Below, one piece after another: positions 1-8,188 of a stretch of 64,000 bases of DNA. Under the pieces are notes generated by a model. That model searched no databases and was not told where the DNA came from. It was given only the letters and a program-made list of their open reading frames with translations. Origin of the DNA: an uncultured Spirochaetales bacterium (lineage in GTDB: Bacteria > UBP6 > UBA1177). The position numbers were made by a program, and so were the translations under genes. The stretch is from NCBI GenBank assembly GCA_964630905.1, contig CAZVWR010000006.1:6232-70231 (forward strand), given 5' to 3'. Numbering within the stretch: the first letter of the stretch is position 1; the number at the start of each line of letters is the position of its first letter.

Positions 1-641
1 GTGCTCTGGTAAAGAACGAGTTCCGTCCATTTCGCAACATGTTTCGGCGGAACAAAAGGGAGCTGAGGTATGCTTGAAAGGTAGAAAGCAAGGAATTTTG
101 AGTCCGCATGTTCAATGAAGCTCATAATGTCCTCATCGGCGATTTCTATGAATTTTCTATAGATATTCTCAGAAAGCTTTGCATTGAAAAGTCCATATTC
201 CTTAAAAATAAAACTGATCAGTTCCATAAGAAGAGCGTGGTCTTTCCCCAGAATATCGGAAAACATCTCATCGAGTTCAACACTGCTGTAAGTTATCGAT
301 TTTGTGAAAAGAACATTGATGTGAGGATTGAGGATCTCTTTCATTACAGGATAGATCGACCCTGTTTCAGATTTAATTTCATGGTGGTTTTTCAGGAATA
401 TGAATATTGTTGCAAGATCGAGATATCTTTTAGCTTCGATGAGGATGTTCACCATGTCCCTGATGTAGGGTTTTATATCTTTGCCCGTTTTCAGATAAGG
501 TGAAAGTTCGACAAGAAATTCAAGATAAAGTTTTAAAGGTTTTCCCCGGTACTCTTTTGAAATGCCGGAATCTTTTCTGTCAACTGAGTGTTGATAGTCC
601 TGAAGTGTTTTATCTGTAGCTTCAGTGTTGAATCCGCTCAT
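1..641 (-). CDS. hypothetical protein, N-terminal ~213 aa visible; the gene runs off the window start
   Basis: I translated the minus strand by hand. An ATG at 641-639 overlaps the dapF stop (ATGA overlap), and the frame stays open to position 1 with protein-like composition (MSGFNTEATDKTLQDYQHSV...KHVAKWTELVLYQS). I recognise no family. The plus-strand ORF 108-503 is antisense to it. Confidence 0.4.
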   Translation of the reverse strand, partial: MSGFNTEATDKTLQDYQHSVDRKDSGISKEYRGKPLKLYLEFLVELSPYLKTGKDIKPYIRDMVNILIEAKRYLDLATIFIFLKNHHEIKSETGSIYPVMKEILNPHINVLFTKSITYSSVELDEMFSDILGKDHALLMELISFIFKEYGLFNAKLSENIYRKFIEIADEDIMSFIEHADSKFLAFYLSSIPQLPFVPPKHVAKWTELVLYQS

Positions 642-1447
642 CAGAACTCCGCTATATCCAGCGTCCCTTCAAAAACCTTTTCCGGAATGCCGCTCATTAC
701 AATTCTGTTCTCGCTTTTGATCCTGTATACTATCTCTCCGCCCGGGAAGAAAACTTTCCAGCTCTCATCCGGTTTTACGATATTTCTCTTTAACAGTGCG
801 TGTATTACGGCACCGCCTCCTGTCCCGCAGGCGAGAGTAAATCCGGCTCCTCTTTCTTTGACTATTACAAAAACACTTTTTGATCGCTTGTTAATGGCTG
901 TGACGATCTCGACATTTATTTCACAATTCCATGAACTGTTGTTCTGAAAATGATTGGCTATGCGATGTATTTCAGAGGCATCCGGTTTGATATGTGGAAA
1001 AAGGACAAGATGCGGATTTCCCATTGACACAGAATATGCATCAAATTTTTTATTGCTGAATTCAACAGTTTCTGTGTTTATGAGATCAGGTTTTCCAAGA
1101 TCAGCTTCGATTGAAAGTTTTCCGTTCTTGAGCTTTTCCCATTTTACCTCAAGCTCTCCTCTGCCGGTCTCGATCTTAAGAGGGTTTTTTTTCAAACCGC
1201 AATCTGTTATCAGATATGAGACAAAACATCTAAGACCGTTGCCGCACATTTGTGCAGTTGAACCGTCACTGTTAAATATTTTCATCCCGGCATCGGACGT
1301 ATCTGAGTTAAAGTGTACCAGAACTCCGTCAGCACCGACACCGAAATGCCTGTCACAGATGTTTTCTGCATTTTCAGATGTAAGAGCCGGTTCTTTGATT
1401 ATTACAAAATCGTTGCCTGTCGCTTGATATTTAAAGAAATTGATCAT
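641..1447 (-). CDS. dapF: diaminopimelate epimerase
   Basis: YQATGNDFVII N-terminal motif and the MCGNGLRC active-site Cys motif; 268 aa is the typical length. Confidence 0.9.
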   Translation of the reverse strand: MINFFKYQATGNDFVIIKEPALTSENAENICDRHFGVGADGVLVHFNSDTSDAGMKIFNSDGSTAQMCGNGLRCFVSYLITDCGLKKNPLKIETGRGELEVKWEKLKNGKLSIEADLGKPDLINTETVEFSNKKFDAYSVSMGNPHLVLFPHIKPDASEIHRIANHFQNNSSWNCEINVEIVTAINKRSKSVFVIVKERGAGFTLACGTGGGAVIHALLKRNIVKPDESWKVFFPGGEIVYRIKSENRIVMSGIPEKVFEGTLDIAEF

Positions 1448-1887
1448 TATCTGCTCCGGAAAACAATGAACTTGCTCCCGAGAAAGTTCACAAGTGTGCC
1501 TGCTATTATCCCCGAAAGATTCGCAATGTCAGGAACAAAACCGCTTTGACTCGCAAAAGTTCCAAGAACAAGATTGTAAACGATATATCTCGGAATAAGA
1601 GAAATAAGACTTACTGAAAGGAATTTAATGAAAGCGTCCTTCGAAATCTGCATGTTCGCAGTTTGAGAATGGAATGTCCAGAAATGGTTTATTATGTAAT
1701 TCTGAATGACAGCCGCGGAATATCCGAAAATCGGGATGATATTGAGCAGAAGCCAGTTCTCAACACCGAAAGAGACCTTTATGAGATGGAAGATGCCGGC
1801 ATCTGTTATGAGCCCGAGTCCGCCTGTAATGCAGAATTTTACAAACTGTGTGGACATGAGCTTTTTTAAGAAACTGTCCATCAGCAC
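1447..1887 (-). CDS. GtrA-family membrane protein
   Basis: 146 aa, four predicted TM segments, FVKFCITGGLGLITDAGIF motif typical of GtrA. It overlaps its neighbours by 1-7 bp, which fits operon membership. Confidence 0.55.
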   Translation of the reverse strand: MLMDSFLKKLMSTQFVKFCITGGLGLITDAGIFHLIKVSFGVENWLLLNIIPIFGYSAAVIQNYIINHFWTFHSQTANMQISKDAFIKFLSVSLISLIPRYIVYNLVLGTFASQSGFVPDIANLSGIIAGTLVNFLGSKFIVFRSR

Positions 1888-2783
1888 TCGACTCTGTTAC
1901 GGCCGTTGTTCTTTGCTTCGTAAAGTTTTTTATCGGCGGCATCAATGAGAGCTGTGGCTGATACTATCTCAGGTTTATATTCAGCAACACCTGCGCTGAT
2001 AGTAACTCTTATGGTGTGCTGATTGATAAATACTTCGTTCTGGGCGACCGCAAGACGGATCCTTTCTGTCGTTAGAACTGCTCCGCTCAAAGGTGTTTCA
2101 GGAAGAATTATCACAAACTCCTCCCCGCCGTATCTCGCTATGAAATCAACACTTCTGAAAAATCTTCCGAAAAGTTTGCTCAGATTTGTCAGAACGGCAT
2201 CTCCCGCAAGATGGCCGAAAGTGTCATTGACAGGCTTGAAATGATCAATATCAATCATGACAAGTGACATTGAATGACCGTATCTTTTGCATCTTGAGAA
2301 CTCACTCTCGAGTTTGTCGTCAAATGATTTTCTGTTGTATAAGCCTGTGAGTCCATCCTTTATAGAGAACTGATAAAGCTGATCGTAATATTCAGCTTCC
2401 ATGTCGTGGCTTGATATGAATTTGAATATTGTGTTGCCGATCTTCACCCTGTCACCGTTCTCAAGCTTTTTTATGCCTGAAATTTCATCTTCATTTACAT
2501 ATGTTTTATTTGTACTTCCGAGATCCTCGGCATAGAACTGCTTGTCTTTTTTGAATATTCTCAAATGGTTGCGGCTCACACTCGGGTCATTGACAATGAT
2601 GTTGCAGTTGTCACCTCTGCCGATGACTATTGAATCATCGTCGATGTCCCTTCTTTTGCCCAGATTAGCTCCGTAGATCTCAAGCAGAATGAACCTGTCT
2701 TGACTGAAATTGAGATCTTCCCGCTTGGAAAGATCGATGATCTGAGTCGCTTTCTGTGTTTCCTCGTTTTTCTTGACTGCCAT
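1881..2783 (-). CDS. FHA domain-containing diguanylate cyclase (GGDEF)
   Basis: The N-terminal FHA signature is GRGDNCNIIVNDPSVSRNHLRIF. The C-terminal GGDEF domain has RYGGEEF and DIDHFKPVND. Confidence 0.85.
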   Translation of the reverse strand: MAVKKNEETQKATQIIDLSKREDLNFSQDRFILLEIYGANLGKRRDIDDDSIVIGRGDNCNIIVNDPSVSRNHLRIFKKDKQFYAEDLGSTNKTYVNEDEISGIKKLENGDRVKIGNTIFKFISSHDMEAEYYDQLYQFSIKDGLTGLYNRKSFDDKLESEFSRCKRYGHSMSLVMIDIDHFKPVNDTFGHLAGDAVLTNLSKLFGRFFRSVDFIARYGGEEFVIILPETPLSGAVLTTERIRLAVAQNEVFINQHTIRVTISAGVAEYKPEIVSATALIDAADKKLYEAKNNGRNRVEC

Positions 2784-2784
2784 T

Positions 2785-3558
2785 TTATCTCCTCTTAAAA
2801 ACGAATCCTACCCATTCATTTTCCTGAACTTTTTTTATAAGTTCAAAGTTATTCAGACCCATTTTCTGGATGAAGTTATCAGATTCAGATTCAAGAATTC
2901 CTGAAAGAACAAGCCATTTTGAAGAAAGCCGCTTAAGGTCGTCGGCCAGAAAATAGAGAACAGATGAAATTATGTTTGCAACTATAAGTTCACATGGTTT
3001 TTCAAACATGAAAAGGGGTTCCCTGCTTATGCTGATGGAACCTACAAGGTCATTATAGACCGCATTTTCGAAAGCATTTTCGAGCGCATCAGGATCGTTG
3101 TCGATCGCTGTAACTTCAAGTTCCGGTTTAATGCGCAGTGATGAAATTGCAAGAATGCCCGATCCGGTTCCGACATCCATCATCGAATTTACACTGCTAT
3201 CTTTTTTAAGCACTTCTTCGATCAGACTGATAGAAATTTTCGTTGTTTCGTGGTGACCTGTTCCGAAACCGCGTGAAGGATTTATAACGACATTCCCTTC
3301 CTTCCTTCTCCATGGCGGAACAACAGTTATCCTGCCGATCGAGACGGGGATAAAGTACTCTCTCCATTTTTCGACCCAGTCACCTTCAGAAATGACAGTA
3401 AGATCGAGATCTTTCAGCATTTTCAGAATGTTATCGTTCTTCTCAAAATAGAGTACCATCACATTTTCCCTTTCCATGCTTCCGAGGAATCCTTCGATCT
3501 GAAAGAAACGCTCAACCGAATAATCTCTCGGGACTACTGCCTGATACCACTGATTCAC
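2785..3558 (-). CDS. prmA: ribosomal protein L11 methyltransferase
   Basis: DVGTGSGILAI SAM-binding motif with PrmA-like architecture, 257 aa. Confidence 0.8.
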   Translation of the reverse strand: MNQWYQAVVPRDYSVERFFQIEGFLGSMERENVMVLYFEKNDNILKMLKDLDLTVISEGDWVEKWREYFIPVSIGRITVVPPWRRKEGNVVINPSRGFGTGHHETTKISISLIEEVLKKDSSVNSMMDVGTGSGILAISSLRIKPELEVTAIDNDPDALENAFENAVYNDLVGSISISREPLFMFEKPCELIVANIISSVLYFLADDLKRLSSKWLVLSGILESESDNFIQKMGLNNFELIKKVQENEWVGFVFKRR

Positions 3559-3650
3559 GACTCACCATAAAACAAATAATTGGATTAATAATAATGATAC
3601 CTGTCAAAAATGCAAATTAGTTTTTATTCCGGAATGTGATGTAAAAAATG

Positions 3651-3681
3651 TTGACTTTGAGTCATTTTTAATCATTATACT
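3651..3681 (+). promoter_or_regulatory. candidate sigma-70-like promoter (TTGACT -N19- TATACT) upstream of the tRNA cluster
   Basis: TTGACT at 3651-3656 and TATACT at 3676-3681. The 19-nt spacing is long, and the -10 lies about 38 nt upstream of the first tRNA. Confidence 0.2.
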
Positions 3682-3719
3682 TCTGCTTTGCTCTTTTTAA
3701 CAATTGAGTCTTGTATTGC

Positions 3720-3807
3720 GGAGGAGTGGCCGAGTGGTCGATGGCGGCGGTCTTGAAAACCGTTGACGTGAGAGCGTCCGTGGGTTCGAATCCTACCTCC
3801 TCCGCCA
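3720..3807 (+). tRNA. tRNA-Ser (anticodon TGA)
   Basis: I folded the cloverleaf by hand: acceptor GGAGGAG/CTCCTCC, anticodon stem GCGGT/ACCGT, loop CTTGAAA, long variable arm, T-loop TTCGAAT, encoded CCA. Confidence 0.85.
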
Positions 3808-3824
3808 TTATTTTTTGTGTTTGC

Positions 3825-3916
<92 letters not shown>

Positions 3917-3929
3917 TTTTTTTTTGAGT

Positions 3930-4006
3930 GTGCCCATAGCTCAACTGGATAGAGCGTCTGGCTACGGACCAGGAGGCTGGGGGTTCGAATCCTCCTGGGC
4001 ACGCCA
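3930..4006 (+). tRNA. tRNA-Arg (anticodon ACG)
   Basis: Acceptor GTGCCCA/TGGGCAC, anticodon stem TCTGG/CCAGG, loop CTACGGA, 77 nt, encoded CCA. The A34 of this tRNA is the TadA substrate. Confidence 0.85.
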
Positions 4007-4018
4007 CGGTCTTTCAGG

Positions 4019-4516
4019 ATGGAAAGAGAAATCAGTTATATGAAACAGGCACTTGAACTTGCTCAGGAAGCAGGTCTGCAGGGAGAAGTTCCTGTAGGTG
4101 CTGTAGTGGTCTTTGAAAATAGAGTGATCGGAAAAGGATATAACAGGAGAGAATCGACCAATTCTCCATTGTCCCATGCAGAGATCGAGGCTATTCTTGA
4201 AGCTTCAGAAAACATCGGAAGCTGGAGACTTGAAGATTGTGAGCTTTATGTAACACTTGAGCCGTGCATCATGTGCAGCGGTGCAATTCTCCAGTCAAGG
4301 ATCAAAAGAGTTGTTTTCGGCCCCAGAGACCCGAAAGCTGGAGCTGTCAGATCTCTTTACAATCTCCTTGAGGATAAAAGGTTGAATCATAGAGTTGAAG
4401 TGGTAGAAGGAGTTTTGTCTGATGAATGTTCTTCAATACTTACCGGTTTTTTCAAAGATATAAGAAGCCGTCAGAAGAACGCAGTGTTAAAGACAGAGCA
4501 GAATAATGACTTTTAA
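4019..4516 (+). CDS. tadA: tRNA-specific adenosine deaminase
   Basis: The CDA-fold zinc motifs HAEIEAI and PCIMCSGAI, 165 aa. It lies immediately downstream of tRNA-Arg(ACG). Confidence 0.9.
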   Translation: MEREISYMKQALELAQEAGLQGEVPVGAVVVFENRVIGKGYNRRESTNSPLSHAEIEAILEASENIGSWRLEDCELYVTLEPCIMCSGAILQSRIKRVVFGPRDPKAGAVRSLYNLLEDKRLNHRVEVVEGVLSDECSSILTGFFKDIRSRQKNAVLKTEQNNDF

Positions 4517-4518
4517 GC

Positions 4519-4610
4519 GGAGAGATGTCCGAGTGGTTGAAGGAGCCTGACTCGAAATCAGGTGCGCTCTTTACGGGGTGCCTGGGGTTCGAATCCCTAT
4601 CTCTCCGCCA
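4519..4610 (+). tRNA. tRNA-Ser (anticodon CGA)
   Basis: Acceptor GGAGAGA/TCTCTCC, anticodon stem CCTGA/TCAGG, loop CTCGAAA, long variable arm, encoded CCA. It starts 3 nt after the tadA stop. Confidence 0.85.
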
Positions 4611-4634
4611 TATTTTCTTTTCGATCTTTTAAAC

Positions 4635-4725
<91 letters not shown>

Positions 4726-4738
4726 TTTTTTTTATTAT

Positions 4739-4831
4739 GGCCGGGTACTGTACAACAAGCCCCGCAAACCCCGTCAGGTCCGAAAGGAAGCAGCGGTAGC
4801 GGATCGTTTGTGTGTTGCAGTTTTCCCGGCC
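4739..4831 (+). ncRNA. ffs: signal recognition particle RNA (small bacterial 4.5S type)
   Basis: Conserved domain IV motif GTCAGGTCCGAAAGGAAGCAGC. The terminal helix is GGCCGGG...CCCGGCC. The 3' end boundary is approximate. Confidence 0.75.
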
Positions 4832-4943
4832 TTCATTTTTTAAGGTTATTTTCAGAAAAATGACACTCGAGTTCACTTTTTGCATTGACTAAATCAGTAA
4901 AATTGTTAGAATTCTGTTGATTGTGTGTTATTGGAGAGAAAAT

Positions 4944-7268
4944 ATGGTTAAATTTCTTAACATTCGAGTGGGATTCAGAGTTTTGACAGTCGCAGTTGTT
5001 TTTTTTGTTTCTGCATCTCTAAGCGGCGAATCTTTTGTTTCAATACAGGGTTATCCTCAGGAAAGATCTGAAGTTCCCGATTATCAGTTCCAGACACAGA
5101 CAACCATGGTGCTTAACCAGACGATAGACAGGATCCTTTATCCGGTTATCGGTTTTCCGGCAATGGTCACAGCGGCTGATCCCGAAATGTCCTTCATAAT
5201 CCGGTCTGAGAATATTCCTGAAATAGATAACATCAGGATAGTTCGCGAAATAGGTGGCAATGTTAAAGAATTTCAGGATCTTATCCCTTATTCCATTGAG
5301 CAGTGCGGATCTGGTCTTTATAAAGTCAAGATGATAGTTCCGGTAATTCTTCCAAGTGTAAGATATGACTTGAGCGTTAAACTTAAAGGCGAAGAATTTC
5401 CAATTATATCAAGGAATTCTGTGTTCTTTTCTGAATTTGATGCGTCCACGAAATTTTTTATCTGGGCCGATCCGCAGATAGAGGACCTGCAATCAAAAAT
5501 GGCTGGAGATCTCAATTACAATTCGGGGGAATATCCTTACAAAAGCGATTCGATCCTCGATTTTTCCAGGCAGGAGGGGATCATAAAAACCACCATATCG
5601 AACCTTAACATGGGTGACCGCCATTTTGTTACAATGCTTGGTGACATAGTTTTCGGGATTAATTATCAGAGAGAATATGAAGACATTCTTTCACTCATTG
5701 TCAATCTTGAAATTCCGTTTTTCCCGGTTCCGGGCAATCATGACGGGTATGCGAAGTTCACTGAACAGAACAACCTTTTCTCGCCGCTTGACTGGGATGG
5801 TTTGCAGTACTGGACGAAATTTGTGGGTCCGCTTCACTATGCGTTCAATTTTAACGGGCAGACATTTCTGATGCTTAATACTTATGACGGAACTCCGCAA
5901 AGAAGGGCGGCAGGCGATGCTCTCGGAATTGGTGATAATGCGGCGGTGCCGGTCAGCAACTGGGGCGGATTCCTTACCGACAGGTCTCTTAGCTGGATAG
6001 AGATAATGATGGATGACTATGATGTTTTCGGCCTTTTCAGCCACATGCTGCCTCTTGGACAGAATGCGACAGGTCTATATCATCCGATGAGAAAATTCCC
6101 GAAAGATTCTATAAAATATAAAGAAAATCAGGAATGGAATATTGAAACTTCAGAATGGGACAGCGACCTGACTGATCTTATATTCAACGAAACAGATAAG
6201 ATTAATACAGGTGTCAAGACCGCTGAATATATGACAAAGCAGTCTCCGTCCCCGATATATTTTTCAGGGCATACCCATCAGGATAGAATATATCTTTTTG
6301 AAAAAGGGGAAGAACTTGTTCCTGAAAGCGGAGTTTTTGCTGCTGATGACATGGAATTTATAATGACTACAACTGCCGCTACAAGTGGTCAACTATATTG
6401 GGGATTCAGGAAAGTTGATGTCGGTGTGACGGGGGATGTTTCCTATAATTATACCTGCGGCAGAGGTGTAAACTGTATGCCCAGCAGTGAAACGGAAAAA
6501 GGTTTTCAGTCAGTTCCGGCAGGGAATATGTGGGTGACATACACATGGAACTCTTTTGGAAATGATAATGAATCGATCTTCACGGGCGGAGACGGATTTT
6601 CAGACACGGTAAATGCAGAGGTTATGAATTATCTGCCGACAGAGGAGCCGGTGACTTTGAGATTTTTTATGCCGGCAGGTAAAAGTTATAAGATCGAAAA
6701 TCCTAAGTTCCATATATCAAATGCGGCTGTTTCAAAGGATATGACAACTCTTATCCTGACAGTGAAGGGAAGTGTTGCCGCCGGTTCGGAAATGGATAAA
6801 TTCCTTGCGAAGGATTTTTCAAGGAAAGTTGAATTTGTAACAGTTACCCCGTCCACTGCGACAGCTGTTGAGCCGCAGATCGAATATCCGCAGACAATTT
6901 TTGAAGATGAGCCGCTAAGTGCTGAAGTTAAGAACGGTGATGATTTCCTTTCACTTGTCTGGATAAGGAACAAGATCGAGTTTGCACAGGGCGAGACCTT
7001 TTCTGTAAAGTTTGATAACTATCAGGATGTTGAGACGATCTTCCTTATTTATATTGATAAAAGCGGGGTTCACGGCACAGCACTCTTTAAAACTGATATT
7101 CAGAAGCGTCCTGAAGAAGAACCCGATGAAGAAGTATCTGAAGAAATTGAAGAAACCGCTGATCCCGATGTGACAGAAATTAATGAAATTCAGGAAGATT
7201 CCGATGAAGATTCCAACACAGAAGAACCAAAAAAGAAAAAGTCCGGCTGTTCAGTCACTGTGATTTAG
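4944..7268 (+). CDS. secreted calcineurin-like metallophosphoesterase with an acidic C-terminal tail ending KKKKSGCSVTVI
   Basis: GNHD (FFPVPGNHDGY) and GHTHQD metallophosphatase motifs. N-terminal signal peptide (VVFFVSASLSG). RBS GGAGAG sits before the ATG at 4944; the ORF track begins earlier at a TTG. A D/E-rich tail is followed by a Cys-containing C-terminus. Confidence 0.7.
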   Translation: MVKFLNIRVGFRVLTVAVVFFVSASLSGESFVSIQGYPQERSEVPDYQFQTQTTMVLNQTIDRILYPVIGFPAMVTAADPEMSFIIRSENIPEIDNIRIVREIGGNVKEFQDLIPYSIEQCGSGLYKVKMIVPVILPSVRYDLSVKLKGEEFPIISRNSVFFSEFDASTKFFIWADPQIEDLQSKMAGDLNYNSGEYPYKSDSILDFSRQEGIIKTTISNLNMGDRHFVTMLGDIVFGINYQREYEDILSLIVNLEIPFFPVPGNHDGYAKFTEQNNLFSPLDWDGLQYWTKFVGPLHYAFNFNGQTFLMLNTYDGTPQRRAAGDALGIGDNAAVPVSNWGGFLTDRSLSWIEIMMDDYDVFGLFSHMLPLGQNATGLYHPMRKFPKDSIKYKENQEWNIETSEWDSDLTDLIFNETDKINTGVKTAEYMTKQSPSPIYFSGHTHQDRIYLFEKGEELVPESGVFAADDMEFIMTTTAATSGQLYWGFRKVDVGVTGDVSYNYTCGRGVNCMPSSETEKGFQSVPAGNMWVTYTWNSFGNDNESIFTGGDGFSDTVNAEVMNYLPTEEPVTLRFFMPAGKSYKIENPKFHISNAAVSKDMTTLILTVKGSVAAGSEMDKFLAKDFSRKVEFVTVTPSTATAVEPQIEYPQTIFEDEPLSAEVKNGDDFLSLVWIRNKIEFAQGETFSVKFDNYQDVETIFLIYIDKSGVHGTALFKTDIQKRPEEEPDEEVSEEIEETADPDVTEINEIQEDSDEDSNTEEPKKKKSGCSVTVI

Positions 7269-7360
7269 ATTAAGAATATTACCCATTCCTGTCAAAACAT
7301 AAAAACACGAAAATTGCAAAAAAACGGTGTTTTTGTATCATCATTTTAATTAACTGTTTT

Positions 7361-8173
7361 TTGGAGATGATCATGAAAGCGGCAATTATTCAAAACAATC
7401 CTGTATGGGGCGAAAAAAGCAGCAATATTAATGATTTGATAGAACTGATGGAAAAAGAGAAGGCAGATATTTATATCCTTCCCGAAATGGCTTACACCGG
7501 ATATCAGATCACTTCAAAAGAGGAGGCGGAAACCCTTGCCGACTCGGTTGATTCAGAAAATATCGGCCGTTTTGTGAGTTGGTCAAAAGAACATGACAGT
7601 GCAGTTATTCTCGGCTTTCCGGAAAAAGCGTCTGACGGTCATATTTATAACTCAAGTGTAATGATCACTCCGGAAGGGGAAGTGCACATTTACAGAAAAA
7701 CACACCTTTTTTATAAGGAGAAGCTTTTTTTTGCTCCCGGCAACACAGGATTTGATGTGTTTGAGTGGAGAGGAGTTAAAATCGGGCTTGCAATATGCTT
7801 TGACTGGTATTTTTCTGAAAGTTTCAGAACACTTGCGTTAATCGGGGCGGACATTATAGCACATTGCTCAAACCTTGTTATGCCTCACTGCCAGACAGTT
7901 GACTATGCCAGAGCAATTGAAAACAGAGTTTTTATTGCAACGGCAAACCGCATCGGATCTGAAGAAAGAGACGGCGAAAAACTCACTTTTACTGGTCAGA
8001 GCGTTCTTGTTTCACCCAAAGGAGAATATCTTATAAAAGCTCCGGCTGAAGAAACAGGGTGTTTTACGGCTCAAATTGATGTTGCAATGTCCCGCAATAA
8101 AAAAATTAATGAATTCAATGATGTAATTGCAGATAGAAGAGAGCTGTTCTATTGGGATCATCCTGTGAAATGA
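7361..8173 (+). CDS. carbon-nitrogen hydrolase family protein (nitrilase/amidase-like)
   Basis: Layout of the Glu-Lys-Cys catalytic triad: E in YILPEMAYTGY, K in YRKTHLF, C in AICFDWYF. The true start may be the third ATG at 7373. Confidence 0.75.
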   Translation: MEMIMKAAIIQNNPVWGEKSSNINDLIELMEKEKADIYILPEMAYTGYQITSKEEAETLADSVDSENIGRFVSWSKEHDSAVILGFPEKASDGHIYNSSVMITPEGEVHIYRKTHLFYKEKLFFAPGNTGFDVFEWRGVKIGLAICFDWYFSESFRTLALIGADIIAHCSNLVMPHCQTVDYARAIENRVFIATANRIGSEERDGEKLTFTGQSVLVSPKGEYLIKAPAEETGCFTAQIDVAMSRNKKINEFNDVIADRRELFYWDHPVK

Positions 8174-8188
8174 TCTGATAACGGGAGT

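Noticed and set aside
108-947. Plus-strand ORFs 108-503 and 588-947
   Set aside because: They are antisense to the minus-strand gene that is translationally coupled to dapF (ATGA overlap at 639-643) and to dapF itself. Neither has a recognisable motif or RBS.
7269-7360. Possible terminator hairpin AAAACAC-(19 nt)-GTGTTTT after the phosphoesterase gene
   Set aside because: The stem is AT-rich with a 19-nt loop, which is too weak for a confident intrinsic-terminator call.
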